This document shows positions 8,530-19,434 of a DNA stretch of 64,000 bases, in pieces. The notes under the pieces are model-generated. The model saw nothing but the letters and a program-made list of their open reading frames with translations. It ran no database searches and was not told the DNA's origin. Both the position numbers and the translations under genes were made by a program. Every line of letters begins with the position of its first letter. The first letter of the stretch is position 1. Source of the DNA: an uncultured Clostridium sp. (lineage in GTDB: Bacteria > Bacillota > Clostridia > TANB77 > CAG-508); assembly GCA_948473335.1 (NCBI GenBank), contig CAOKXF010000007.1, positions 36,338-100,337 on the forward strand. The letters run 5' to 3'.

Positions 8530-9099
8530 ATGTTCAATGTAGGCGATAAAATTGTATATCCAATGTATGGAGCAGGGATAATAGATTCGATAGAAGAAAA
8601 AAATATATTAGGTGAAAAACAATCTTACTATATACTAAAGATGCCAGGAGAAGTAAAAGTAATGATACCAACACAAAAGGCAGAAGAGGTAGGAGTAAGA
8701 AATATAATAGATGAAGAATCAGCTCAAAAAGTATTTACAGTATTAGAACAAAATGAAACAGATATGGAGAAAAACTGGAATAAAAGATATAGAGACAATA
8801 TGGAAAAAATGAAAAGTGGAGATATATATGAAGTAGCTGATGTAGTAAGAAACTTAAGTTTCAAACAAAAAGAAAAAGGACTATCAACAGGTGAAAAGAA
8901 GATGCTAAATAATGCAAAGCAAATATTAGTAAGCGAATTAGTCCTAACAGGACATGCAAGTCAAAATGAAGTAGAAGAATTAGTGGAAAACAAAATAAAT
9001 ACATCATTTAACTTATTCAAGACAGAAGATGTAATAAAACCAAGTATAGTAAAAAAATTTATACCATTTGATGAAACAGGAACATCAGAAAATTTATAA
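8530..9099 (+). CDS. CarD/CdnL-family RNA-polymerase-binding transcription regulator
   Basis: ATG at 8530 follows gaaaggagtgacttac. N-terminus FNVGDKIVYPMYGAGIIDSIEEKNILGEKQSYYILKMP matches the CarD_CdnL_TRCF Tudor-like domain. Confidence 0.8.
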   Translation: MFNVGDKIVYPMYGAGIIDSIEEKNILGEKQSYYILKMPGEVKVMIPTQKAEEVGVRNIIDEESAQKVFTVLEQNETDMEKNWNKRYRDNMEKMKSGDIYEVADVVRNLSFKQKEKGLSTGEKKMLNNAKQILVSELVLTGHASQNEVEELVENKINTSFNLFKTEDVIKPSIVKKFIPFDETGTSENL

Positions 9100-9327
9100 A
9101 AAAATTATAATAACTATATTAGAAGTAATAGCAAAAATATTTCTAATATAGTTTTTTATAGTCTGGGAAAGAGGGTTTCTATTTTAAGACACCTCTATGA
9201 TTATGTTTTTTATATATTTTGATTCTCAGAAGATTATTATACAAAATAAAAAAGATAAAAATATAGATTGACAAAGAAACTAATGTTTGATAACATAAGC
9301 AAGAAAGAAAAGAAAGGAAAAATAAAG

Positions 9328-10431
9328 ATGAAAATAATACATTGTGCAGACATACATTTAGACTCACCAATGGAAAGTAAACTAACAAAAGAAAAATCAA
9401 AAAAGAGAAAAATAGAATTAATAGAAAATTTTAAAGAAATGGTAGAATATGCTAAAAAAGAAAATGTAAAAATAATAATAATTGCAGGAGACTTATTTGA
9501 CGATACAAAAAAAACAATGTTAAAAACAACTAAAAAATATATAATAAATATAATAAAAGAAAATTCAGAAATAGACTTTATATATCTAAGAGGAAATCAT
9601 GATATAAATAATTTCTTAGAAGGTGAAGAAAAACCACAAAATATAAAAACATTTGAAGAAGAATGGAAACAATATAGGTATGGAGATATAGTAATATCAG
9701 GAGCTGAACTAAATAAAAACACAGAAAATATATATGATAAATTAATACTAAAGTATGAAGATTATAATATAGTAACATTACATGGACAAATTGATAAAAG
9801 TGTAAATCCAAGAGATAAAGCAGAAACAATATATTTAAGTAAATTAAGAAATAGGAACATTGATTACTTAGCTTTAGGTCATATACATAAAAGAGAAGAA
9901 GGAAAATTAGATAATAGAGGAGAATATAGTTATAGTGGATGTCTAGAGGGAAGAAGTTTCGACGAATGTGGAGAAAAAGGATTTATAGTCTTAGAAATAG
10001 AAAAAAATAAATTAATAAAAAAAGAATTTATAAAACATTCAAAAAGAACAATATACAATATAGAAATAGATATAACGCAAATAGAAACACAAAATCAATT
10101 TGAAGAAGAAATATTAAAAAAAATATGTAATATAGAACAAAAAGATTTAGTAAGAGTAACACTGACAGGAGCATATGAAGTAAAAAAAATAGGAGAAGAA
10201 GTAGAAGACTATTTAGATATAGAAAAAATAGAAAATAAATATAAAGATGAATATTTTTACTTTGAAGTAAAAAACAATGTAAAGATCATAATAAATTACA
10301 AGGAATTTAAAAATGATATATCGTTGAAAGGAGAATTTATAAGAACAGTAGAGCAAGAAGAACTTTCAGAAGATGAAAAAAGTGAAATATGTTTAACAGG
10401 AATAAGAGCAATATTGGGAGGTGAAATATAG
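9328..10431 (+). CDS. metallophosphoesterase, SbcD/YhaO-like DNA repair exonuclease
   Basis: MKIIHCADIHLDSP, GDLFD, LRGNHD and LGHIH motifs. The ATG at 9328 is preferred over the upstream start in the ORF track. Confidence 0.8.
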   Translation: MKIIHCADIHLDSPMESKLTKEKSKKRKIELIENFKEMVEYAKKENVKIIIIAGDLFDDTKKTMLKTTKKYIINIIKENSEIDFIYLRGNHDINNFLEGEEKPQNIKTFEEEWKQYRYGDIVISGAELNKNTENIYDKLILKYEDYNIVTLHGQIDKSVNPRDKAETIYLSKLRNRNIDYLALGHIHKREEGKLDNRGEYSYSGCLEGRSFDECGEKGFIVLEIEKNKLIKKEFIKHSKRTIYNIEIDITQIETQNQFEEEILKKICNIEQKDLVRVTLTGAYEVKKIGEEVEDYLDIEKIENKYKDEYFYFEVKNNVKIIINYKEFKNDISLKGEFIRTVEQEELSEDEKSEICLTGIRAILGGEI

Positions 10432-10432
10432 A

Positions 10433-12646
10433 ATGAAATTATTAAAATGCTATGTAGAAAACTTTGGCAAAATAAGTAAAAAAGAAATTAAATTTCATGA
10501 TAACCTAACAATATTTAAAGAAGAAAATGGATGGGGAAAAACAACATTATCAGTATTTATAAAGTCTATGCTATATGGATTTGATAAAACTACAAAAGAA
10601 AAATTAGAAAGACAAAAATATACGCCATGGAATAATGGAAAGTATGGAGGAAATTTAGATTTAGAAATAAAAGGGATACCATATAGGATAGAAAGGTTTT
10701 TTGGAGAAACTCCAAAAGGAGATAAATTTTCACTCACCAATTTAGAAACGAATAAAGAAGAAAACATATATACAGAAAAAATAGGAGAGGAAATATTCAA
10801 ATTGGATAAAGAATCTTTTGAAAAAAGTATATATATACCACAACAAAGAATAGAAGTAGAAATAAGTAATGATTTAACTACGAAATTAACTAACTTAGAT
10901 ACTATACAAGACGATATGAATAAATATGAGGAAGCACAAAATAAATTAAAAAAGAAAAATGATGAATTAAAAAAGAAAATAAAAAATATAGAAATTGAAA
11001 AAAAAGAAATAGAAGAAAAATTCAATAAATGTAATGAAGCAGAAAAAAACTTAAGAATATATGAACGAGAATATGAAAATTTAAAAAAAGAGCAAGAAGA
11101 AAAGACAATAGAAATAAATAAAATAGAAGAAAAAATAAAAATAGAAAATGAAAAAAATTTAAAAAAAGAAATTATAAAGCAGTATAACACAATTAAAGAA
11201 ATTGAAGAAAAGAATAAAAGGGAAGTAGAAAAAATACAAGAATTTTTTAAAAATGGAATTCCAACAAAAGAAGGAATGCAAGAGATAGAAAAACAAATAA
11301 TTTCAGTAGAAAAATCAAGACAAGAAATGCAAGAAAATAGAATATATCAATTTCTCACAGAAGAAGAAATACAAGAAAAACAAAATATATATAATGATTA
11401 TAAAGAAAAAAATAATATAATAAAAGAAATAGAAACAGAAAAAAAACATCAGGAAAATGAATTAGAAAATTTAAAACAAAATCAAAATTATAAAATGATA
11501 TTTATAGTTATATCAATATTAATATTATTATTTGGAATAATTAGTATATTTTTCATAAAAGAAAAAATAATAAGTTCAATAATAATATTAGTTGGAATAA
11601 TAGTATGGATTATCCAAAAAATAATATTTTCTAAAAATAAAAAAGAAAATAAAATAATGAGCCAAATAGAAAAATACGAATTACAAATAATAAAAAATAA
11701 AGAAGAAAAAGAGCAAAAAAGAAATATCCTGACTGAGTACATATGTAAATATGAAAAAAAATATATTAATGAAGACATATATGAAATCTTATTAAGAATA
11801 AAATTAAATTACGAAGCATATAAAAAATCAAAATTAAATATTGAAAATAATAAACCACAAATAGAAAAGTTTTTAGAAAAATATTTTACAATAGTAATAA
11901 ATGATTATAGTAAATATTTAGATCAAATAAAAATAAAAATAGAAAATGACAAAAATATAAAAGAAGAATATGAACAGTCAAAATATAATACACAAAAATT
12001 TATAGAAGAGCACAATATGGAAGAATTAAAAAATACAGAACCAATAGAAGAACCAATAGAAAAAATAAAAGATAATTTACAAGCAATAAAAGAAGAAACT
12101 AATATAATAATGCAAAATTTAGTATCAACAGAAAAAAAGATAAATGAATTTTCAACAATTGTTGATGAAAAAGTGGAAATAGAGACAGAATTAGAAAATT
12201 ATGAAGAACAAAAAATACAAATAGAAAAAAGAAAAAATATAATAGAAAAAACGATAGTAATTTTAGAAAAGTCAAAAGAAAAATTATCAACAAAATATTT
12301 GCAAGGAATGAATTTAAAATTAAATAATTATATAAAATTATTAGCAGAAAATAGTAATATAGCTGATAAAACAATGATAAATATAGACCTAAATACAAAT
12401 ATAGAAATTGATGGAGAAAAAAAGAATTTAGAAGCATTTAGTATAGGATATAAAGATTTAATTGGTATATGTACAAGATTGGCATTAATTGATTCAATTT
12501 TTGAAGAAGAAAAACCTTTTTTAGTACTTGATGACCCATTTGTCAATTTAGATGAAGAGAAAATAAAAAATTCCATTTCATTAATTAAAGAAATTTCTAA
12601 CAAATATCAAATTATATATTTTTCATGCCATGAATCTAGAATTTAG
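10433..12646 (+). CDS. SbcC/YhaN-like AAA ATPase with long coiled coil and two central TM helices
   Basis: Start abuts the upstream stop (TAG 10429-10431, ATG 10433). N-terminal Walker A reads EENGWGKTT. It has an extensive E/K coiled coil and a C-terminal Walker B-like FLVLDDPFVNLD. Confidence 0.75.
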   Translation: MKLLKCYVENFGKISKKEIKFHDNLTIFKEENGWGKTTLSVFIKSMLYGFDKTTKEKLERQKYTPWNNGKYGGNLDLEIKGIPYRIERFFGETPKGDKFSLTNLETNKEENIYTEKIGEEIFKLDKESFEKSIYIPQQRIEVEISNDLTTKLTNLDTIQDDMNKYEEAQNKLKKKNDELKKKIKNIEIEKKEIEEKFNKCNEAEKNLRIYEREYENLKKEQEEKTIEINKIEEKIKIENEKNLKKEIIKQYNTIKEIEEKNKREVEKIQEFFKNGIPTKEGMQEIEKQIISVEKSRQEMQENRIYQFLTEEEIQEKQNIYNDYKEKNNIIKEIETEKKHQENELENLKQNQNYKMIFIVISILILLFGIISIFFIKEKIISSIIILVGIIVWIIQKIIFSKNKKENKIMSQIEKYELQIIKNKEEKEQKRNILTEYICKYEKKYINEDIYEILLRIKLNYEAYKKSKLNIENNKPQIEKFLEKYFTIVINDYSKYLDQIKIKIENDKNIKEEYEQSKYNTQKFIEEHNMEELKNTEPIEEPIEKIKDNLQAIKEETNIIMQNLVSTEKKINEFSTIVDEKVEIETELENYEEQKIQIEKRKNIIEKTIVILEKSKEKLSTKYLQGMNLKLNNYIKLLAENSNIADKTMINIDLNTNIEIDGEKKNLEAFSIGYKDLIGICTRLALIDSIFEEEKPFLVLDDPFVNLDEEKIKNSISLIKEISNKYQIIYFSCHESRI

Positions 12647-12850
12647 AAAAAATAGTTGACAGAATGTATATAAATTTATTCTAATAATAGAATATTCAAG
12701 CAATATAAAATTTAGCTTATTTTTTATCTAGTTAAAAGAAAGAAGAAAGTAAAAATCACATTTGTGAGATTTATTTTCTCCTTTTTTTATTATCAATAAA
12801 AACCTAAAAACATAGTAGTCCGTAAATGTAGGACAAATTTTGTGTCACAA

Positions 12851-13909
12851 TCAACGTCCCCACTGACCCACAGGAATTCTTAATATTTCACCTGCAAAAA
12901 TTAAATTAGGATTAACAATTCCATTTAAGTCAACAATACTCTGAAGTGAAACGCCAAATAATTTACTAATCATATTTAAAGTATTTCCACATTTTATAAC
13001 ATATAGAGTGTGACTAGTATCATTAAGACTAGAATCATCTAAATTAGGAACATAAATTTTTTGGCATGGATAAATTAAATTTGGATTAGGAATATTATTT
13101 ATTTTTGCTAAATATAAATATGAAGTATTATAAATTTCGGCAATTGCACTTAAAGTGTCACCTCTTTGTACTATTATATAATCTTCGTTAGTAGATGGTT
13201 TTGGAAGATTATCAACATTTATTGATGATGAATCAGATAAAAATATTTCATTAGTAAAATAATCCCTATCTACAAATCCATTTATACCATGTATTTCACC
13301 TTTGTTCGTGTATTGAAATCCTATCCATGATGACCAATTCCCATTGGCAGGTTCAGAAACATAGTAATCTGCTACCCATATAGGATATTTTGCCGCTAAT
13401 TCTGGGCCGAATATATTTCTTGCGTTAGATGCATCACTATAGATTACTACTTCTTTGTTTGTTAATGATGTTACAGTCTCTAAAAATGCTACAGAGATAT
13501 TATTTATTTCCTCAACATTTAAATTACCAAATACTTCAAAATCCATAGCTAATCTGCAGTCAGCAGCATAATTGTTAATTACGGAAACAAAGAAACGAGC
13601 TTGCTCAATAGCTTCTTCTTCAGTAGAAGCTGTTAAAAAATGATAAAATCCAATATTTAATCCATTTGCTTTTGCATTTTCATAGTGTTCTTTAAAATAT
13701 GGATCAACATATTTTGAACCTTGACTTGATTTAATATAAACAACATCTATTCCTGCTTCTTTTACTTCAGCAAAATTTATGTTTCCTTGCCATTCACTAA
13801 CGTCTATACCATTATGTAATTCAGGTGATGCTGGTTCAAATGCTAAAACGCAACTTCCAGTAAAGAAAACTATAATAGCAAATAATAGTATTAATAATTT
13901 TTTATTCAT
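12851..13909 (-). CDS. secreted GH25 lysozyme (muramidase) with two C-terminal LysM domains
   Basis: Signal peptide MNKKLLILLFAIIVFFTGSCVLA. GH25 core GIDVSEWQGNINFAEVKEAGIDVVYIKSSQG. Two LysM repeats (YIIVQRGDTLSAIAEIY..., YVIKCGNTLNMISKLF...). Confidence 0.85.
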   Translation of the reverse strand: MNKKLLILLFAIIVFFTGSCVLAFEPASPELHNGIDVSEWQGNINFAEVKEAGIDVVYIKSSQGSKYVDPYFKEHYENAKANGLNIGFYHFLTASTEEEAIEQARFFVSVINNYAADCRLAMDFEVFGNLNVEEINNISVAFLETVTSLTNKEVVIYSDASNARNIFGPELAAKYPIWVADYYVSEPANGNWSSWIGFQYTNKGEIHGINGFVDRDYFTNEIFLSDSSSINVDNLPKPSTNEDYIIVQRGDTLSAIAEIYNTSYLYLAKINNIPNPNLIYPCQKIYVPNLDDSSLNDTSHTLYVIKCGNTLNMISKLFGVSLQSIVDLNGIVNPNLIFAGEILRIPVGQWGR

Positions 13910-14000
13910 ATATAACCTCCTATTTTAAAATATGTGCTATATACAAATATGTGAATAAAAAATTTAAAAATGGAAATATTATTGAAAAGGGAGGAATTTT

Positions 14001-14435
14001 ATGGAAGAAGTTAATAAAAATTTAAATCAACTATTAGCAGACCTGAATGTTTTTTTTCGAAAATTACAAAATTATCATTGGAATATTGAAGGAAAAGATT
14101 TTTTTGTTTTTCATAAGATATTAGAAGAGTTTTATGATTGTATATTTGAAGAGATTGACGAAGTTGCTGAACATATTTTAATTAATGGAGCTCAACCTTT
14201 AGGAACTTTAAAAGATTATCTACAAATCACAAAAATACAAGAGGCAGAAAATAAAAAGGTATCTAGTGATATTATATTTAATAATTTAATTTCAGATTAT
14301 GAGAATTTATTAGATACTATTATAAAAATTAAAAAAAGTGCAGATAATGTTAATGATTATGCTACATCTGGTTTAATGGATGAATATATTTTAAAATATA
14401 ATAAGAAATTATGGATGTTGAAACAAGGGAAATAA
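14001..14435 (+). CDS. dps: Dps-family ferritin-like DNA-protection protein
   Basis: LNQLLADLNVFFRKLQNYHWNIEGKDFFVFHKILEEFYD...DEVAEHI is the typical Dps ferroxidase-site pattern. Confidence 0.8.
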   Translation: MEEVNKNLNQLLADLNVFFRKLQNYHWNIEGKDFFVFHKILEEFYDCIFEEIDEVAEHILINGAQPLGTLKDYLQITKIQEAENKKVSSDIIFNNLISDYENLLDTIIKIKKSADNVNDYATSGLMDEYILKYNKKLWMLKQGK

Positions 14436-14582
14436 TATGTTACTATTTGAACTTGCTGTTTATTAATAGGTGTATACCTGAGTTAGTAAGCAACAAGTTT
14501 TTGAATCTTTATTCGAGTAAATTTGTTATAGTGGACAATTTTGGACAAATATGATAAAATTACAAAATAATAAGGAGGAAAA

Positions 14583-15293
14583 ATGTTAGAGTTAAAAGAT
14601 ATAAGTTTTACAAGAAATAATAAAAAGATATTAGATAAAATAAATCTAAAAATAGATGAAAATCAATTAATAGTAATAACAGGTCCCAATGGTTCTGGAA
14701 AATCTACACTGTCAAAAATAATTATGGGTATAGAAAATCCAGATGAAGGACAAATACTATTTAATGGAGAAAATATAACAAATTTAAAAATAAATGAAAG
14801 AGCGAGAAAGGGAATATCATTTGCATTTCAACAACCCGTAAAGTTTAAGGGAATAACTGTATATGATTTAATAAAATTATCAGCGGAAAAAGAAATGAAA
14901 AAAATGGAAGCATGTAACATATTATCGAAAGTAGGACTATGTGCAAAAGAATACATAGATAGAGAAGTAAATAGTTCATTATCAGGAGGAGAACTAAAAA
15001 GAATAGAGATAGCATTAACCGCAGTAAGAAATTCAAAATTGACTATATTTGATGAGCCAGAAGCAGGAATAGATTTATGGAGTTTTAATAACTTAATAAG
15101 TGTATTTGAAGAACTAAGAAAAAAAGAGGGAGCGATTTTAATAATTTCACATCAAGAAAGAATATTAAATATAGCAGATAAAATAATATTAATAAAAAAT
15201 GGAAAAATAGAACAAATTGCAAAAAATAAGGATGATATAATAGGAAATAAAGGACAAGCAATATGTTGTAAACTAAAAAAGGAGGATGCATAA
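14583..15293 (+). CDS. sufC: Fe-S cluster assembly ATPase SufC
   Basis: Walker A GPNGSGKST, ABC signature LSGGELKR, Walker B LTIFDEPEAGID. Its stop overlaps the start of the SufB/D gene. Confidence 0.8.
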   Translation: MLELKDISFTRNNKKILDKINLKIDENQLIVITGPNGSGKSTLSKIIMGIENPDEGQILFNGENITNLKINERARKGISFAFQQPVKFKGITVYDLIKLSAEKEMKKMEACNILSKVGLCAKEYIDREVNSSLSGGELKRIEIALTAVRNSKLTIFDEPEAGIDLWSFNNLISVFEELRKKEGAILIISHQERILNIADKIILIKNGKIEQIAKNKDDIIGNKGQAICCKLKKEDA

Positions 15294-16219
15294 TGGAAGA
15301 GCTAAATGAAATAGATAATAGTTTACTAAGCGAGATTTCAGATATAGAAAAAATAACAGAAGGGGCATATAATATACGCAAAAATGGAAAGGGAGTTCAA
15401 CGAAAGTCAAGTGAGAATATAGAAATAATACCAAAAAAAGATGGAACAGGAATAGATATAAAAGTAAAAGAAAATACAAAATTTGAATTTGTGCATATAC
15501 CAGTTATAATAACAGAAAGTGGAGTAAAAGATATTGTGTATAATGATTTTTATATAGGAAAAAATTCAAAGGTAGTAATAGTCGCAGGTTGTGGAATACA
15601 TAATGATTATCATAAAAATTCTGAACATAATGGTATACATAGATTTTATTTAGAAGAAGGAGCAAATGTTAAATATATAGAAAAACATTATGGAGAAGGC
15701 AATGGAGATGGAAAAAGGATACTAAATCCAGTGACAGAAGTATATTTAAAACATGGAAGCTCATTAGAAATGGAAACAGCACAAATTAAAGGTGTGGACT
15801 CTACTATAAGAACAACAAAAGGAGAATTACAAGATAATACAAATTTAGTAATAACAGAAAAAATTATGACACATGGTAATCAAACGGCAAAAACTTTATT
15901 TGAAGTATATCTAAATGGAGAGAATGCAAGCACACATGTTAAATCAAGATCAGTAGCAACAGAAAATTCAATGCAAGAATTTGCATCAAAAGTATATGGA
16001 AATTCAAAATGTTTTGGGCATGTAGAATGCGATGCAATAATAAAAGATAAGGCAAAAGTGTTAGCAATACCAGAGATATCAGCTAATAATATTGAGGCAA
16101 ATCTAATACATGAAGCAGCGATAGGGAAAATTGCTGGAGAGCAACTTATAAAATTAATGACATTAGGGTTAAATGAAAAAGAAGCAGAAGAGCAAATTAT
16201 ACAAGGTTTTTTAAAATAG
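15293..16219 (+). CDS. SufB/SufD-family Fe-S assembly protein
   Basis: Coupled to sufC by an ATAATG overlap. The C-terminal LIHEAAIGKIAGEQLIKLMTLGLNEKEAEEQIIQGF is typical of the SufBD beta-helix family. Confidence 0.7.
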   Translation: MEELNEIDNSLLSEISDIEKITEGAYNIRKNGKGVQRKSSENIEIIPKKDGTGIDIKVKENTKFEFVHIPVIITESGVKDIVYNDFYIGKNSKVVIVAGCGIHNDYHKNSEHNGIHRFYLEEGANVKYIEKHYGEGNGDGKRILNPVTEVYLKHGSSLEMETAQIKGVDSTIRTTKGELQDNTNLVITEKIMTHGNQTAKTLFEVYLNGENASTHVKSRSVATENSMQEFASKVYGNSKCFGHVECDAIIKDKAKVLAIPEISANNIEANLIHEAAIGKIAGEQLIKLMTLGLNEKEAEEQIIQGFLK

Positions 16220-16292
16220 TGAGAATGCTTTCAAATATAATAAACAGGATTAAATTGACAAAAGTAATAAATAATAGCTTAGATAAATAAAT

Positions 16293-16348
16293 AAGAATAA
16301 AATTTTTTAGGTGCAAAGACACATAAGAGAATTTTATTCTTGTTTTTT
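16293..16348 (+). terminator. hairpin + U-tract after the suf operon
   Basis: AAGAATAAAATT (16293-16304) pairs with AATTTTATTCTT (16330-16341), followed by GTTTTTT. Confidence 0.5.
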
Positions 16349-16405
16349 GTTCTAAGAAGATAAAAAGTGAATAAAATCAATAAAAAACGGAGGTAAAAAG
16401 AGAAT

Positions 16406-16783
16406 ATGAAAAACAATAGTATAATAAATATATTAAACATTCTAAAAGGAGTAGTTATAGCAATATTGCTAACATTAGTGTTTTTACTAATCTTTGCAAT
16501 AATATTAACATATACAAATGTAAAGGAAGACACAATATCACCAGTCATAATCGTAATAACAGCATTAAGTATAATAATTGGCAGTTCTGTAGCAAATATG
16601 AAAATAAGTAAAAATGGAATATTCAATGGAGCAATAATTGCAATTATTTATATGTTAATAATATATTTAATATCTAGCTTGGTAAGTAATCAATTTGAAA
16701 TAACAGGAGCATCTTTAATAATGATATTAACAAGTGTGATATGTGGAATTTTAGGGGGAATAATAGGAGTAAACAAAAAATAA
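16406..16783 (+). CDS. small 4-TM membrane protein (YrzE/TIGR04086-like)
   Basis: RBS is aacggaggtaaaaagagaat ATG. 125 aa, almost entirely hydrophobic helices. The family assignment is from memory only. Confidence 0.45.
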   Translation: MKNNSIINILNILKGVVIAILLTLVFLLIFAIILTYTNVKEDTISPVIIVITALSIIIGSSVANMKISKNGIFNGAIIAIIYMLIIYLISSLVSNQFEITGASLIMILTSVICGILGGIIGVNKK

Positions 16784-16913
16784 TAAAAAAGTAAGAACAA
16801 TACTTGAAACAAATAATACAAAATGCTACAATAATGTAAAAGAAAAATAAAGTTGAACAATTAAAATGTATGAAGAACTAAACAGATGTAATTTGTACTA
16901 AAAAGGAGAATAT

Positions 16914-17888
16914 ATGAAAAAGATAATAATAGCCATAGTAATAATAGGAATAATAATAGGAATAATATTTTTAGTAAAACCAAAAGGGGAAAATATAGAA
17001 GAAATACTATCAAAATATGAAACAGTAGAAAATGATGGATATGAAGAAAATGGAGGATATATAGTATCTAAAAAAACATCAGAAGGATATAGATATGGAT
17101 ATATAAATTATAAAGGAAAACTAGTTTTAGATTTAGAATATAATGTAATACATAGAATACCACAATTAGGAACAAAAGACAAAGTGTATTTAATAGTATC
17201 AAAAGATGGTAGATATGGGATAAATCTAAATGACAAGAAAATTATAAACTATGAATATCAATTTATAGACTATAATAGTAGTAATGAAACATTTGTATTA
17301 AATAAAAATAATAAATATGGAGTAAAGAACTTAAAAGGAGATACAATAGTAAAAATAGAAAAAGATTATATAGAATCTAAAGGATTATATATTTATGTAA
17401 CAGATAATGAAAGAAATTATGTATGCGATAATAGTGGTAATGAAGTAAAAGTAGACTTTAATGATATAATCAATAAAACAGAAAATGGGCAATATTATAT
17501 AAAAAATTCATATAAAGATGAAGACTATAAATACCAAATATCTGATCAATATGGAAATGCATTAGTAGATACAGAATATAATTATTTACAGTATGCATTT
17601 GATGATTATTTTATAGCTGGAGATGAAGAAGGAAAACAAGGATTAATAAATGGAAAAGGAGAGACAAAAATTGACTTTAAATATACATTAGTACAGGTAA
17701 TACGAAACACAAAAGTCATAAGGACATTAGACATAGATACAAGCGAAACAGAAATATATTCTTCAAGATTAGATAAAATATGCAGTATGAAAAATGCAAC
17801 AATAGAGAATAAAGATAATCAAATAATAATTTTCAATCAAGATAATGAAATAAAATTAGATTTAGATGGAAATATAAAAAATAATTAA
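16914..17888 (+). CDS. membrane-anchored WG-repeat (KWG-like) protein
   Basis: N-terminal TM helix, then repeated units YGYINYKGKLVLDLEY, GRYGINLNDKKIINYEY, NKYGVKNLKGDTIVKIE and KQGLINGKGETKIDFKY. Confidence 0.65.
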   Translation: MKKIIIAIVIIGIIIGIIFLVKPKGENIEEILSKYETVENDGYEENGGYIVSKKTSEGYRYGYINYKGKLVLDLEYNVIHRIPQLGTKDKVYLIVSKDGRYGINLNDKKIINYEYQFIDYNSSNETFVLNKNNKYGVKNLKGDTIVKIEKDYIESKGLYIYVTDNERNYVCDNSGNEVKVDFNDIINKTENGQYYIKNSYKDEDYKYQISDQYGNALVDTEYNYLQYAFDDYFIAGDEEGKQGLINGKGETKIDFKYTLVQVIRNTKVIRTLDIDTSETEIYSSRLDKICSMKNATIENKDNQIIIFNQDNEIKLDLDGNIKNN

Positions 17889-17956
17889 AATGTAACCTAA
17901 TCTCGTTTAAATACATAATAATTAGTAAATACTAATTATAAGTGTAGGAGGAAAAG

Positions 17957-18805
17957 ATGAGATTAGGTTTAGTTTTGTCAGGAGGAGGAATCAGAGGAAT
18001 AGCACATGCTGGAGTACTAAAAGCATTAGAAGAATATGATATAAAAGTAGATATAATAGGAGGCACCAGTTCAGGAAGTTTAGTAGCTTCTCTATATGCA
18101 ATGGGGTATTCTCCATATTATATATACACATTATTTGATATGTATTCAAAAGATATAGTAAATATAAATAGTGCACCAATAATAAATGGAATAGGAAATT
18201 TCATGATGAGCAAAAAAGTAAAATTATCAGGATTAAAAACAGGAGATAATATAGAAAAGATTTTTGACGAGATGGCAAATAGAAAAGGCATAAAAAAGAT
18301 AAGTGATATAAAAATGCCAATAGCAATACCTAGTGTAGATGTAGCCGATTCCAAAGAATATATTTTTTCAAATTATAGACCACAAAATACTAATAATTAT
18401 ATAACCAATATAAGTGTTGGAAAAGCTGTCAGGGCGAGTAGTAGCTTTCCAGTAGTATTTTCGCCATGTGAATTTGAAAAACACAAGTTTTTAGATGGAG
18501 GAACATTGAATAATACACCAGTTAATCCAGTAAAAGAGTTAGGTGCTGATAAAATTATAGCAGTAAATTTTTCAGCAGATAAAATAGATGAAAAAAGTGA
18601 TATTATGGATATAGTTATGAAGACATTAGATATCATGGGAAATAAAATTTCAGAAGAAGGTCTGAAAAAAGCAGATTATGTATTGACTGTACCAAGTGAT
18701 AAAACAGGATTATTAGATATTGAAAAAATAAAGAAATGTTATGATTTTGGTTACCAAGCAGTAAAAGATAATATAGAAGAAATATTGACAATGTTAAAAG
18801 AATAG
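17957..18805 (+). CDS. patatin-like phospholipase
   Basis: GLVLSGGGIRGIAHAGVLKALEE (oxyanion GGGxRG), the nucleophile motif GTSSGS, and DGG near the C-terminal half. Confidence 0.85.
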   Translation: MRLGLVLSGGGIRGIAHAGVLKALEEYDIKVDIIGGTSSGSLVASLYAMGYSPYYIYTLFDMYSKDIVNINSAPIINGIGNFMMSKKVKLSGLKTGDNIEKIFDEMANRKGIKKISDIKMPIAIPSVDVADSKEYIFSNYRPQNTNNYITNISVGKAVRASSSFPVVFSPCEFEKHKFLDGGTLNNTPVNPVKELGADKIIAVNFSADKIDEKSDIMDIVMKTLDIMGNKISEEGLKKADYVLTVPSDKTGLLDIEKIKKCYDFGYQAVKDNIEEILTMLKE

Positions 18806-18871
18806 ACTACGTGCAAATACCTTAAAAACGATTTCAATTTATTATAAAATTTTCTCAAAAAGGAGAAAAAA

Positions 18872-19084
18872 ATGGTAATAATAAATGTAGAAGAGTTGTT
18901 AAGAAAGCAAGGTAAATCAAAATATTGGTTATGTCAGAAGATGGATATTACAAATAGAAATTTGAATCAGATAATAAATGGAAAAACTAAATCTATATCA
19001 TTTAGATATATAGAAGAATTTTGTAAATATTTAGAATGTACTCCTGCTGAACTAATTTTAATTGAAAAAGAAGAGAAAAAATAA
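18872..19084 (+). CDS. XRE-family helix-turn-helix transcriptional regulator
   Basis: 70 aa. KSKYWLCQKMDITNRNLNQIINGKTKSISFRYIEEFCKYLECTPAELI is a Cro/C1-type HTH. Confidence 0.7.
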   Translation: MVIINVEELLRKQGKSKYWLCQKMDITNRNLNQIINGKTKSISFRYIEEFCKYLECTPAELILIEKEEKK

Positions 19085-19096
19085 TATTTAAATAAT

Positions 19097-19137
19097 AAAA
19101 CTGCTGTATTTTATATAATTAACTACAACAGTTTTTA
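19097..19137. terminator. bidirectional hairpin between convergent genes
   Basis: AAAACTGCTGTA...TACAACAGTTTT (one mismatch), flanked by A/T runs on both strands. Confidence 0.5.
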
Positions 19138-19158
19138 TTGTTTTCTATATTTTTAAAA

Positions 19159-19434
19159 TTATACTTGCAGTTCAACTTCTAGCTCATCATAAGTAAAAGT
19201 GATTTTAAAATTACTTTTATCAATTTGCACTTTTTTAGCTTTGAATAAATCAATGATAAAATCTTTTTCATTATTACTTCCTAATATTATTCTTCTTGAA
19301 TTGGCAATAATTTTAACTTCATCAATCGAAAAGTTGATAGAGACAATACCAGTAGTGCAAATATAAACTTTTTGATTTTCGAAATTTTTAAAAAGGACAC
19401 TTTTTAATTTGAAAATATTTAGCATAAAGTTCAC
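19159..19434 (-). CDS. hypothetical protein (91 aa)
   Basis: ORF with compatible codon usage, ending at the bidirectional terminator. No recognisable motif. Confidence 0.4.
   Translation of the reverse strand: MNFMLNIFKLKSVLFKNFENQKVYICTTGIVSINFSIDEVKIIANSRRIILGSNNEKDFIIDLFKAKKVQIDKSNFKITFTYDELEVELQV

Noticed and set aside
12851-13909. GH25/LysM lysozyme as part of a prophage lysis cassette, paired with the holin-like gene at 39122.
   Set aside because: It has a Sec signal peptide and native composition, with no adjacent holin or phage structural genes. The holin-like ORF is 25 kb away.
17957-18805. Patatin-like phospholipase as a CBASS CapV-type effector.
   Set aside because: No CD-NTase, Cap2/Cap3 or other signalling gene is adjacent. 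The composition is native and the flanking genes are housekeeping-like. It is more consistent with the common RssA/YlbK-type lipase.
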